Below are positions 50,260-64,000 of a DNA stretch of 64,000 nt, one piece after another. The position numbers and the translations under genes were made by a program. A model generated the notes under the pieces. The model searched no databases, had not been told where the DNA came from, and saw only the letters and a program-made list of their open reading frames with translations. Numbering within the stretch: position 1 is the stretch's first letter; each line of letters opens with the position of its first letter. The DNA is from Selaginella moellendorffii (taxonomy: Eukaryota; Plantae; Lycopodiophyta): assembly GCF_000143415.4 (NCBI RefSeq), contig NW_003314264.1, forward strand, positions 476,774 to 540,773, given 5' to 3'.

Positions 50260-51604
50260 AGTTAGTCAGATAGTTTGGTGGAACAACTTATTCGGACTTT
50301 CAAAAGGATGATCACGAAATATGTGAACTTTCAGCATTCGAATTAAGATAGTTATTTGTCGTTTCTTGGTATGTGCACATCATAGGGATCCAGAGTTCTA
50401 TTGGTGTTTCACCATATAAACTCTTATATGGTTATGATCTAATATTGCTAACAAAGTTGGGTTTACCTTCGTGATCGGTGTAAACTACCAATGCTAGGTC
50501 GTGGGATTAATATTTGACAAGCATTCTTCCACTTGACTAAATAAAGTCTGCCGAACACTTGGGCCATGTATAAGTGGGACAACAATAACACTCCCATCAT
50601 TACTCATTTGTGGAGTATAAAATGGATGATTTGGTGTTAGTCTGTTTTCCCTATGGTACGGTATATGGTTTATCTAAAAAGCTCCTTACTTAATGGAAAA
50701 GACTATATCAAGTGTTATAGCAAGTTGGACCACAAATTTATGAAGTTTAGCATGACGTTCAATAGGCTTATCCTCCTAAAATTATGCATGTACAGCAGCT
50801 AAAATACTTCATATAAAAGGATTAAGAATAACACCTATAGATCCACTAATGCCTCCTCCTAATGTTCCTCCAGATCCTACCTATCCATAAGAGAACCTTG
50901 AAGTTTTCCATCATTCCGAAAGGAAGGGATGATGTGAGGTCCAAGTGTACAAGTATAATGTCGTATACCAATATTAGTATAGTGGGATTTTTGTAGTTGT
51001 TGGATTAGTTTCAATTTAATCCACTCGCTCATGTATATAAGTTAGAGTTTTTAGGCTAATTGATATACATATTTTCTGTATTTTATTACCATATTCCATG
51101 TACTCACAATTGTATTATTTTTTATGATTATTATATATAGTAAAATTAAATTTTACAAGGATTTGATTGCTAAATAAAACTATAGTTAATATAAATTTTG
51201 ATATTATGGTAGTAGTATATGCAAAAATAACTTTATAAGATAAATTCATATGGTTATATATTATAACTAATTTTTTTCATAAAATATAGCAGCTAAAAAT
51301 GATTTCAACAAAGAAAAACTAATTGAAGTTTTTGCTATTATTCATAACCATCGTAGTTTTTAATATAACAATTTTATCAATTGTGTATACTTCTTTGGCT
51401 CAAAGAACTCAAATAAAAACTAAATAAAAAAAGGAATATAAAATTTACAAAATAAAAAACTAATTGTTTCTTTCCTTTTTAACATTAATATTTTTTTTAA
51501 AAAAGGAATTTTATTATTAACTAAAGTTATATTTATTTCATAAAATTTTTTATGAAATATTAATTACAATTAAAAAGGAAAAGTGTATTTATAGTTTCAA
51601 TGAT

Positions 51605-52140
51605 ATAACAAAATTCAAATGCAAAATGCAAACCTCCAACATACACGAGGTCTTGCCCATTCTCTGCAGGATACTGCTTACAAAAACGGTTTAGAGTGTG
51701 TGGTACCTGTAAGATCGAGACCATGGTTCCAGCTGAGAGAAATTTGGCGGAAGTTAAGCTCTTCGCTTGCATTTTATCTGTTCCCCCCAGAAGATGGAAT
51801 TGATTTCCTGGAGGGAACAAGTTCAAAGCTGCGTTGTGGTCTCCATTTATCAAAACACCATAGGAGTCGAGAGATGGAATTGCTTGTGGAGAAGCCACTT
51901 TGTTGAGCCGCGCTTGGCTAGTCCAAAAGCTTTGACAAGTCGGCCATCACCTTTTTCCTATATCCTCATTGTTAGAAGAGAATAGAGAAATCAATAACTT
52001 GGATGCAAAGCACGCAAGCAAGCAAGAAGAAAACTTTTAGCAAAGAGAACCAGTGTTTGGTGCATTCCACAGGCAACTTTGAAAGCATTGGAAATGGCCA
52101 GAACTTTACAGGGAGTTCCTCAACTTACAAAGTCTCCAGG
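51605..52140 (-). pseudogene. RCC1-repeat gene fragment
   Basis: ASPQAIPSLDSY, FLSAGTM; collinear with deletions to ~55300-56350. Confidence 0.8.
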
Positions 52141-52553
52141 AGAACTGATTACATTGGTATACACTGTAGGCAATAGATAGATTCGTCAAGTCTACAACTT
52201 AAAGTCGCAAGAGCTCCAAAGCATCCGTGCTCAGCCCGAGAACCTTGCTGCACTCAGGCGTTTTCAGAATCGTGTCCAGGACTTCGTTCCATTCGCGTGA
52301 TTCCTCGCTGTTAGACAACAGAGCTCGTGCAACCTCAATAAGTTGTGCACGCTCCTTTTCAAGACTAACTCGCTCTTGAAGCGAAGCTAATTTGGCTTCC
52401 AGTGTCAATCTGGAACACGAGAAACGACGCGTCGCGAAACGAGCACAAACCAAAAGGCTTACCGTGCTTCCTGCGCGGCCAGCCTAGCTAGCGTCTGGGC
52501 GCCAAGATCAAGCGATCTCGATCTCTCTTCTTTTCTTCTTTGGTGGCAGGACG

Positions 52554-54564
52554 ATGGCAAATGTGACGGTGGCTTACTGTATAACAATCACGAGACGCAT
52601 CCCGAAAGGAGCTAGCGTTGAGGCCTTGATTCCACTGGCCAGGGCGAGAATCCAAGCTGAGATCCATGGTGAGGCTGGAGATTTCTCCTTTTACCCTACA
52701 CCATATGCCAATGTATCTGCATCGGAGTGGTGCAAAATCGGAGGTATGGTCTGTTCTTTTCTTCTCTTGGCTTGAATTTGTGCACGGTTTTGTTCTTTCC
52801 AAAACCTGGACAGGAGAACGTGGAAGATGCCAAGCTCTGGGGCAAACTTCCACTCCTGGAGAAAGTGAGAATTCTTGAACTGCAAATGGAATCCAAAGAT
52901 GAGGCAGTACAGATCGAGCTGGAAGATGATCCTTCTCAGGTGTGTTCCACGTTTGTTCGTTTCTCACAGGGAGGAGAGGATCAAGTTTGGCGCTGGATTT
53001 TGCGAACTCTCCACTCAGACATACATCAACAAGTGGATCAAAGAAGCATGGAGCCTAATAAGAACTCCCCCCGAAGCTAAGCGTTTTCTAATGGACCGAA
53101 TTGGCATAGCATCTGAGGATGAGTGGACTTTTTCCTGCGTTTGCGTGCCAAAGACTGACCGTGGTAATCACTGGAAGAACGGCGGGCTGATTATATTCCT
53201 GCCGGATGAAAGGACGAGGGACCTTACGGAAGGCACACTCTTGAAAGAAGCTCGACTCTATCGACTTCATCTGGTAGTTTCTTTTGAATTTTTGTTTACT
53301 AGCGTTTTGATTTTGTTTATCCCAGGCTGAGAAGGTCAAAGAATCCACTGGAAAAACTCAAGAGGAGCTGTCCACTGGAAAAGTTCGTAAGAAGCTAAAA
53401 AAATCCATTGGAAAGGATCAAGAGGAATCCGGAAAAGCTCAAGAGATTTCAGGTATTTGACGTCCTGCATGTTGTCCTTTTAACGAACAGAACGATGGCT
53501 CAGATGACCTTGGAACTGCTAGTGAAACGTTTATGGCAGTTGTAGCTCCAGGTAAGGGTCTACGTTTCTTTCCTTCCCTTACAGAAGTTTATTCAGAAGC
53601 ACCAACCATTAAACGGCCCCAGCCGGTGACGGAAAACGAAGAAAACCTTCTTGTTTCTGGTGAGTACACCTTTACTTTCTTCGTATTTCTGTTTTTTAAT
53701 TTTATTATCAGAAATGGCGACAATTGTTCTAGACAAGCAAACTTCTGAATACTGGAAGCAGATGAAGGAGATCGTTCTGGCCTGTCCTGAAAGATCTGAA
53801 GGTAATAGCTTCTCTTTTCAGCATTTCATTCTTGACCACATTATTTGCAGAGAGCGTTGCCCAATCTTTCGCCATCTTTATGGAAATCCGCGACATCTCT
53901 TGTGCTCGAAGGTGTGACTGTCCTATCTTCTTTCGTTTTCTTCCCCTTCGGTAGTACTAAGGCTGTTTTTACACAGCCAAAGTTGTCCAGTCCCAGGAGG
54001 CAGCACCTCATGAGGAAGCGCCCCAGGAGGAAGCGCCAGATGTGATAGCTCAGCTTTCTCAAAGGATCAAGGACACTGAGGAGAAGCTAAACAGGCTCGC
54101 CTCTGAGAACCAGCGACTCAAGTATCTCTTGTCGGACGAGCTGCTGATTCGTGTTCTGCACGAATTTGTCAGGAACAAGGTTCGTAGCTTGCAAAAATTT
54201 CCAGACTTCCAAGCCCAGTACCTTGGGAAACTGTGGAACCTCACGGAGTCGAGCATCTGGAAAGTTCCGAGCTACAAACACTTTCTGGAAGCTCGGGGGT
54301 TGTCGCCGAAATGTCCTGGCTCTGACTCGCTATGGGCCGAATACTGATCAAGAGAGCGGGAATTTTGCAGCACACTCTGCTTCGGCTTTGAAACTGGCAG
54401 TTGTGGTGCAGAAGCGATCGGTTCCTTACAAGCAGTTGTTCAGTTTCGTATTTGATGCCTCTCCTGGTAAGTTTGTTTACGTCTCCTTTTCAATATGTTT
54501 ACGGGTAATATTTCTTCCAGAGGATGTCATCAGGAACGAAGATCCTGCACTTTTACTGGTCTGA
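52554..54564 (+). CDS. Multi-exon gene of unknown function with C-terminal coiled coil (possible frameshift near 54340)
   Basis: About 10 short exons with ~45-55 nt GT-AG introns; MANVTVAYCITITRRIP...; IAQLSQRIKDTEEKLNRLASENQRLK. Confidence 0.5.
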
Positions 54565-54769
54565 ACTGTGCGTGCAGTTACCAGAGTTTTGTTTCTATGA
54601 GTTTTGTACATTTGCTGACGTCGATACGAATATCAGAATCGCATCTCCAATGCTAAGCTTGGCCGATCCATCATTTGTAGCATTTCACGATGCTGCAGTG
54701 AAAAGTTACAACTGGAGTCTAGGCTTACAACAGGGGTCATTGGCTTGGACTTGTGATTGAAACCAGGAC

Positions 54770-55020
54770 TGAAATCTAGACTGGAAATGCTTGCTTTCAT
54801 CCGCATGATGCCCAGTTTGCGTATATGCTACAATTTAATCCTAACATCATATTCTAGCTTGGGCCACATAGAACTCGCTAAAGCTTTGTTTCTTGCAATC
54901 CAGAAGGGAATCTGGTATCTTGGATCGCACTACTGCCTGCGACACTATGCTACACTCTGGCATGTAATAGAACGAGAGTTTGGGGTACTCTAGATGCTGT
55001 ACTTTCACGACAGAGTATCA
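54770..55020 (+). pseudogene. PPR gene relic
   Basis: YNLILTSYSSLGHIELAKALF resembles a PLS-class PPR motif. Confidence 0.5.
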
Positions 55021-55293
55021 CGTATTTCAAATCTTTCTGAGGAGCTTGCAAACAACAGTTGGAGCCTTGCAATGTTTTGCCCGTATCAAGCAAACTAAAT
55101 TGTGGTGGGGAAGGGTTTCATATAACTTCTGCAAGTATATTCCATGAGATTAAAATGGAAAGTTAAAAGTATATGGTTAAACTTTACTAAATTACAGCAA
55201 GTAATAAAAATTTAAATTTTAAATAAGCAAATGTTTATATATTCTGTGGGAATTGTATTCGAGCATACCGAAGTTATAACAATGTCCTACAGG

Positions 55294-56832
55294 TCAATTG
55301 CAAAATGCAAACGTGAAGCCACTGCCACAACATACACGACTTCTTTGGCATTGTCCAACTACTACTCTACAAGGATGCCTCTCGTCGTTTACATGGCCAA
55401 GCCCAAGCTGCCCGTGTTCGCCCCATCCCCACGTATACAGGTCACCAGCAGCTGAAAACATTAGACCTTTAGCATCAACAAAAAGATCAAAGCTCTCCAC
55501 AAACCATCAACAGCGGCAGAGTGCTCGGATCCAGCAGATATGGAAACTACTCTGTGTTTTTCCAACCCTTGTACTCTATAAAACTTGATGTTCGACCTTT
55601 CGCTTATGCTGCAACATTTGTCACTGATTATATTCTTGTTTTGAAACGAACAAAGAAATAAAGGAAAAACGAACCATCTAGAGGATCCGAGTTGACCATG
55701 CCGATTAGTCCCCCAAGAAATAGCTTCCCCGTCCTCTGCAGGACACTGCTTACAAAAACGGGTTAAAATGGTACCAGAGTGTGGTACCTGTAAGACCAAG
55801 GCCATGGTTCCAGCCGAGAGAAACTCGGTGGAACTTAAGCTCTTCACTTGCGAGGAACGGTACGTAAGCACCCGATTGATCATCAAATGCTTTTCCCCAG
55901 AGATAAAGCTGGCCACTGCCTGCCAAAAGATGGAAAATACTTCCTGGAGAAACAAATTTTCTTTGAGGACTCACCACTCAAAGCTGCACTGTGGTCTCCA
56001 TTTGCTGCCACAATCGAAACACTGTAGGAGTCGAGCGATGGAATTGCTTGGGGAGAAGCCACTTTGTTAAGCTCTTTGGACGAAAGGCTGCCGAGCTGAC
56101 CACGCTTGGCTAGTCCAAAAGCTTTGACAACTCGACCATCACCTTCTCCTGCATCCCTCATTGTTAGAAGATAAAAGAGAAAGAAACAGATATATAGATT
56201 CACTCACGACTTGGATGCAAAGCACGCAACCAAGCAAGAAGAAAAATTTTACCGGAGAGAACCAGTGTGTGGCGCATTCCACAGGCAACTTTGAAAGCAT
56301 TGGAAAGAGCCAGAACTTTACAGGGAGTTCCTCGACTTACAAAGTCTCCATGGCCGAGTTGTCCAAAAGCTCCATCTCCACAGGTGAAAAGCTCCCCGGA
56401 TTCTTGGAGGGAAAAGAAAAGAAGAAGAAAAGTCACAAAGAAAGAAGAAGAGAATTGATCTATCGTACCAGTGACAAATGCGGTGTGGTTCCATCCAGCA
56501 GCTACTTCACAAACTCTGTGACCTCCAAAAAATTCTACTACACTTGGAACAGCAACAACAGCGGCAGCATCCTTCTCGGAATCGCCCTCGTGACCAATCA
56601 ATCCTCGCCCCCACGTCGCCACACGTCCTCCATCTCCATACAAGTGAGATCAATCCAGAGTCAAACAAAATCTCGCGAACACCATACCCAAAATCGCTGC
56701 GGCATGGGCGCCTCCACAAGCCATGTCCAGAATTCGAAGTGGCGGATCCATGGCTTGTGGCAGCAGTGCGTCGATCATCGTCCCCAATCCAAGCTGGCCC
56801 TGCGTTCCCGCCCCCCAGCTCCACACGGCCAT
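55294..56832 (-). CDS. RCC1-repeat (UVR8-like) protein
   Basis: VWSWGAGTQGQLGLG, ACGGAHA, AAGWNHT, CGDGAFGQLGHG, YTWGWGEHGQLGLG, CCGSGFT; GT-AG introns. Confidence 0.9.
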
Positions 56833-56972
56833 AGCCAAGCCCTAAAATTCAAATCTGGAAGAGGTCACAAGGAAAATGGAATTATAGCTTCACTTATTTT
56901 GAGAACTATACCGTCGCTTGTTTGGATCATGGAAATATAGCTTTACCTGATCGGATCACCACTCAAATGGAA

Positions 56973-57785
56973 CTATAGCTTCACTTGTTTGAGATCACTA
57001 CCCAAGGAATCAACAAAGCAGTCCTTGAGGAACGCCACAATGTCGTCCATTTCTTCCGGCTCCTTGAACCAGTGCCCGTCAAGCTCGGCACCCACGTACT
57101 CCTTCCACGTCAAGTTCTTCACCTTCGCAGCCTTGAGCACGTCACGCGCTTGCCTCCCAAACTTCACGTCCACCATCTCATCGTCGGTGCCATGTCCCAG
57201 GAAAACCGGCGTCTCCTCAACCCCGCCACCTTGAATCTCTTCGTCCAATTCCAAGCCAAGCTTTCCACGAAAATGGGAAGAGAGCTCGGCGAGAGAGCCG
57301 AGTCCTTCCACTTCGTCCGCGAAAGGAAGCCATCCGCTAGCACCCACGAATCCTCCGAGCTTGTGGCTTCCGCCCAGCAGGACGTGCAGCGCCGTGGCTT
57401 GTCCCTGGCTGATACCGCCCAGCACCACCTTGGCGGCGTCACCACCGAGACGCGCGACCTCGTCTTGGATCACCCCACGCACGAACTCCACCGAGCTCTT
57501 CAATCCGGGGACCTGGAGGTGCTTGTTCTTGCTCATGTCCGTCAGCGACGGCGCATCAAACCAGGTGCTCATCGCCTCCAAGAACTGGCTGGACCAGAGA
57601 GTTTGCGCGCTTGGGAACACCCAGCGAACGCCTGGGAAGTGGGCAAACAGCGATTGCCCGCTGGACGTGGTCATACCTTGGAGGTCTTCCACAAACTCCT
57701 CCGCGTTGCTGCCGCGGCCGTGGAGAAGGATGACCGTGTGCGTGTGCTGCTCCACAGCGTCAAGGACGTGCACACCGAAACCCAT
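56973..57785 (-). CDS. Phospholipase/carboxylesterase (acyl-protein thioesterase-like alpha/beta hydrolase), intronless, fungal-type
   Basis: VILLHGRGS, GGISQG nucleophile elbow, TPVFLGHGTDD, GHW; GC-rich single exon. Confidence 0.9.
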   Translation of the reverse strand: MGFGVHVLDAVEQHTHTVILLHGRGSNAEEFVEDLQGMTTSSGQSLFAHFPGVRWVFPSAQTLWSSQFLEAMSTWFDAPSLTDMSKNKHLQVPGLKSSVEFVRGVIQDEVARLGGDAAKVVLGGISQGQATALHVLLGGSHKLGGFVGASGWLPFADEVEGLGSLAELSSHFRGKLGLELDEEIQGGGVEETPVFLGHGTDDEMVDVKFGRQARDVLKAAKVKNLTWKEYVGAELDGHWFKEPEEMDDIVAFLKDCFVDSLGSDLKQVKL

Positions 57786-59867
57786 TGTTGCTTTAAGCCC
57801 TAGAGAAAGAAACCAAGCTATATAGCATGTGGATACCATATGGAGAACACAGTGCAGCTTTTAATTTTTATTTTCTAGCAAATTCTTGGCAGTCTCGAGG
57901 TTTGACATGATCAATCGTGCCTACCAACCGTTCCAAGTTCGACTTTATATATTATACGCTTTGTCTGAAGACCATAACAACTTACATTTACACTCTGAAG
58001 TTATGTAGGCGTCAACTCTATCACTGGAAAACACTAGTTGTGATAGTTTGAGCAGCACAAATATGTGACCATGGCTTTGATCATAAATATGTAAATAGTT
58101 TGATCATTGTTTCATAAAACGTTATTAGGAAAATGTGCAAAATATATTAGTAAATTACAGTAATAGTAAATAATGTTGGTAATTCACAATAATTATCTTT
58201 ATGCCACATGGATTCTTTTTTATCATATAAAACCAGATTATGGTCAAGTTATAAGACTAGAAAGCAATTTTGGGAAACCTTTTCATAAGGACTTTTAGTT
58301 TTCCAAATTAAAGTATTTCCTGAATATAATACAAGGCTACAAGTAGAATCCAATAGCAATAGATTTTTACCATTTGGAGATATCAAAAGTTATCAATAAA
58401 TAACTTAAAACCAAAAATCAAACTACTAGTTTTAAGATTGCAGTAAAACTCATTATTAAAATAGAAGTTATAATATAATTCTTTTTGCAATAAAAGTCCA
58501 GGACTGCCTCTGAGTTTATATTGTATAAAATAATTAATAGTTTCCCTTTCAAAGAAGTCAGATAAGTTTTCTTTTAAAGAACTAATACTACCATATAAAA
58601 GATTTTCAAACCTAATTTTCAACTTTCACCATTAACAGTTTCAGTAATACTACATTGATACTTTGTTTTAATAATGATATCAATGAATCCTTTAGAAGTA
58701 ATGTTCTCAGGTAAGGTTTTTAATATTTTAGTTTAGATAATACATTTGTCACAGCTTCTATAATATTATCAATATCATGTGGATTTAAAATTCTAATTCT
58801 TCCAATAGTTGCATGTTTAATTGGGATAGTAGTAAATTTTATGCTAAAAAAATTAAATAAAACATAAAAAAGAAAAAAAGTGATAAGTATGGACTGAAGG
58901 ATTTATTTAACCTATCTGTATATATATATATTAATATGTCTTTATTATATTTACTTGACCAATTGATTTAGATGAACAAAATTAGATTCTTGTAAGAAAA
59001 ATATATTTCTAAAATTCTTTATTTTTTCTATCATAATCTTATCGAAACAATACATTTAATAAATATTAGATTAATTAAAATAATCTTTACGACCTAATAT
59101 TTATATATGGCCCAAATATATAAATAATTGCGTGATGAATGTTGAATAGTTTTAAAAACCTTATTTTTATTGGTTTTATTCTAAGCTTCTATAAGGCAGC
59201 ACTAGGAAAAGAATTTAGTAATCAATTAAATGCTTTATGTACCATTTCTTGCATATGAAGATGCCAAGTTTCTATTGGGCTTGGTCTTAATACAGGTACC
59301 ACACTGTCATGCTATCATAACCTGTTTTTATAAGTGTGGAGAAAAAGGAATTTTTTTTGGGGACTCATGATCAGTTTGGATCCTCTCAATCGTTTCTTTT
59401 TATTTAGTAAGAAAAAATAATAATCTGCCATAAAATATTACAGCATTTATAAATGGGAGATTGAACATAAAATTTACAGCAGGTACAACATTCCTAGATA
59501 TGAGCACTTTCCTGTTGTTGATGGTTTATGGAGAGCTTTATTCTTTCAATTCAGGCTAGAGCTCTAATGTTTACAACTACTGGTAAATTGTATACTTTGG
59601 GATGGGTCAAACGTGAGCAGCTTGGGGTATTCTTGTAGAGTCATAGAAGCTGGATAATGCTCAAGAAATTATGTGTATTGTGGCAGTGGCTTCATATTAA
59701 CAGCATTGCTAGCATGATACTATCTTTGTAGGGGGCATTCCCAAATGTATAATTGGGATAGGATGGCTGATTGCCTTATAAATTAGACTAATGCCAATTA
59801 TGCTATGTTGACTTGTTCTATCATATTTGTTCTGAAATGTACTGCTTTTCCAAGGTGTTTCCTATAG

Positions 59868-62021
59868 GGGATATACTTAAAATATGCTAGGATATTTTAG
59901 GATATTCTACCATCTATCTTGGTTGTTATTCATTTAAATTTATCTTATATTTATAATTTATAAACTTTCTTAAAAACTTCCTAGTATATTCTAGTTTATT
60001 TGGCCATCTAATGGTTGATATCCAATAAGATTAATCTTGTGTTTATAAACTATAAAAATGTTTATAATTATAAATTTCCATTTGACCATTTATATTAATA
60101 AATAGGAATAACACTACTATTAAGAAAACTAAGCGTTGCTGCATGCAACAGACAATAAATTATTATTTGTTCTACATTTAGTTTGTGTTGGAATACCTAT
60201 ATTCTCATGTTAAGTGATTAGTATATTGAAATAATACTAGATTCTGGCTCTATTTTACATAATGGTTTTGATGTTGGGATTTGGATATTTTGGGGTTGTT
60301 CTTTGACTACACACTTGGGAATTTAATTCTATCTCTTTGTTCAGTATTTAATAAATAAATAACTAAAAATTAAGTTTAAAATATGAGATGAAGTTATATA
60401 AATCTCTTTGGGTAATAATAAATTTAGGCTTTTAGAAGTTTTTTTGGTTCTATTCCTTATATATACACAAAAGCTTTTACATTATTTTTTTTAGAGGGAG
60501 GATGGTGTAAAGTTTCTAAATACATGTATATATTACCTTACCTAGATAATATATTCATTATCATATTATAGTATATAGACCATTATTAGTGACTAAGTTT
60601 TCCATTTTACTTTAATCATTTAACCACACCCTTGACCACTTGGAGGGTCTTATTCATAACTTCCATTTATGTGTTTGATCCCACTTTAAACACATAAAAG
60701 TATTATTGATATCTTAATTTGTTTAGCTAAGGCTATGTCCATTCATCTTTATTTCATTAGTAACCTAAAACCATTTGCACCATAGTCCCATCTCTTCAAA
60801 ATCAAACCATCTATCTAAAAGTGGTTATCTCATTACCACACTTTAATATCTTTAGGATGCCTTAAGATATAAGGAACACTATCCCCCAATATCCTTCCTT
60901 CGGTCCTTACTAAGTCTTTTTTTGTCTATAACAATATCTACAAACATTGCAATTGAATCATGTCTCAAAGGCCTAATTATTAAATTTTATTGACCTTTAG
61001 GACTTCTTCACCACATGTCCATACTTTTGACCACTAAGCAAGAGTAAGATTCCTCTACCTTTCTATTTAAAATGACATTTTAAAACACTATAACTCAACT
61101 TGAGCCTTGTAGGTATTCTTTTTTCCTTCTGCCTCTAAAGTGTCTCAACCATAAGGTTTCGATAAGCCATACAAAGTATCCAAGTAAGTAATGCCACTCA
61201 CACTTGGATTGAAAACATTAATTATTCAATTTCCCAAAAAAGCTAAAGTTAGCTTTTGAACACTTTAAGAAGTTATCATATTTGTCCATCTATATCCATT
61301 TGATTTCCTAAGGGAGTTATAGTTGACTTTTAAACACTTAATCAAGTCACCCTATTTGCCCATCTATGTTTACTTTAACTTTGGATTTTTCAGTGGTTAT
61401 ATTATCACCCGGTTTAGCCTTCTTTATTTATACTAGCCTTTATATAAGTAATTAAATTTTTCATTATACTTTAGCCATTTAACCACATCTTTAACCATTT
61501 GGAGAAGTAAATAAATCATATTCTTAACTTAAGGACATACTAACCCTATAAATAGCATTTATTATCGGAATAAGTATGTAATTGGGATTTAAACCCTTTC
61601 TTATTTACAAAAATGGATGGACCAAATTAAGGTGTCTATAGTGGGATTAGATTGTGGAGCACTTGAACCAAATATGAAAACTAAATGGTTCTTGAACACT
61701 TATATTCTTAATATATTTCTCAAATATTTTATATAAATTATTGATATTGTTTTTAAAAAAATAATAATTTGCTATGCATTACATGAAATAACACTTGGCT
61801 TACTTAATAGTAGTGTTATTATGGAAATTTATAGTTATAAACATGTTTATATTTTATAAACACAAGATTAATTATATTGAATATCAACCATTAGATGGTA
61901 GAATAAACTAGAATATACTAGAAAGAGTTTATAAATTATAAATACAAAATTAATCTAAATGAATAACAACCATTAAATAATAGAAAATTCTAGAATACCA
62001 AGCATATTTTAAGTATATTCA
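59868..62021. mobile_element. Non-autonomous foldback/Mutator-like element with long AT-rich TIRs
   Basis: ~59870-60125 is the imperfect reverse complement of ~61803-62020. Confidence 0.65.
60585..61505 (-). mobile_element. Highly decayed LTR of the 35174-46589 family
   Basis: Collinear with 35315-36180 but strongly AT-shifted. Confidence 0.7.
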
Positions 62022-62122
62022 CTCACTCTCTTTAAAAACCTTCTTAAGTAAGAGATTTGATTTAACCTATAGCTAAAACTTTAATACAGAACATTATTTT
62101 AAAAGTAAAACATTTAGGGCTT

Positions 62123-63726
<1,604 letters not shown>

Positions 63727-63931
63727 TGACTTTATCTGAAAACGACACCGTTATGATCTTTATAATTCTTGGTTCATGATTCTTGCCACTACAATCCAGA
63801 TTGCATAATGACATGAGCCAACTATGTTCTGTGGACTTCTTCAGCATTGGTGGACCCATCAGTAGAAGCATGCGGTCAAGTTAAGTCTTTTGACACGGCA
63901 ATGAAATGAGAAGCGGAGCTCGAGCAATGCA

Positions 63932-64000
63932 ATGGCTAGGCTCTTGGTTATTGTGAAGCTGTGCATCCTCCTCTTTATTCCAACGTACAGAATTGCTAGC
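63932..64000 (+). CDS. Start of a second DUF26 receptor kinase copy
   Basis: [23 protein letters not shown], near-identical to the start at 10023. Confidence 0.85.
   Translation, partial: MARLLVIVKLCILLFIPTYRIAS

Larger units (their letters stand above)
34005..51108 (+). mobile_element. Old Ty3/Gypsy retrotransposon with nested insertions
   Basis: Diverged ~176-bp LTRs 34005-34181 and 50933-51108, PPT before 50933; gag relic ~34.4-35.0 kb; RT ~47.2-47.9 kb, RNase H (HMDASN, NYSTTEKECL) ~48.1-48.4 kb, integrase (FDLMGPFP) ~48.7-50.7 kb, all stop-ridden. Confidence 0.85.

Noticed and set aside
56985-57825. 272-aa and 154-aa plus-strand ORFs
   Set aside because: Antisense shadows of the GC-rich esterase gene.
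57900-59850. AT-rich stretch with short ORF 58383-58622 as viral or TE relic
   Set aside because: No recognisable motif by eye; needs tBLASTx.

Overview
Eukaryotic, land-plant genomic DNA with very short (~50 nt) GT-AG introns and compact genes; a lycophyte such as Selaginella is likely, but that is inference. Host genes: SMARCAL1-like helicase (5' part), a His-rich secreted peptide, two identical tRNA-Leu(CAA), a GMC oxidoreductase, a DUF26 receptor kinase, an RCC1-repeat protein, an intronless fungal-type carboxylesterase and a METTL4-like MT-A70 gene. Many decayed duplicates of these same genes are also present. Positions ~14-51 kb are nested mobile DNA: Copia relic, old Gypsy, LARD-like LTR element with an inverted solo LTR, hAT, TRIMs and 5S-bearing Cassandra-like LTRs. 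The stand-out is a ~12 kb DNA element (~20.2-32.2 kb) with two divergent genes: a DUF7869/Sola-like transposase, and a large protein with ParB-like, methyltransferase-like and FCP1/HAD phosphatase regions. This element carries ~23 copies of a 22-bp palindrome (ATGGCRTG-NGGCCN-CAYGCCAT) at its ends, in the divergent promoter, in introns and in exons; I did not see it elsewhere in the window. It is a candidate ParB/parS-like self-recognition or anti-silencing system in a plant transposon. All domain calls are by-eye motif recognition, not database searches.
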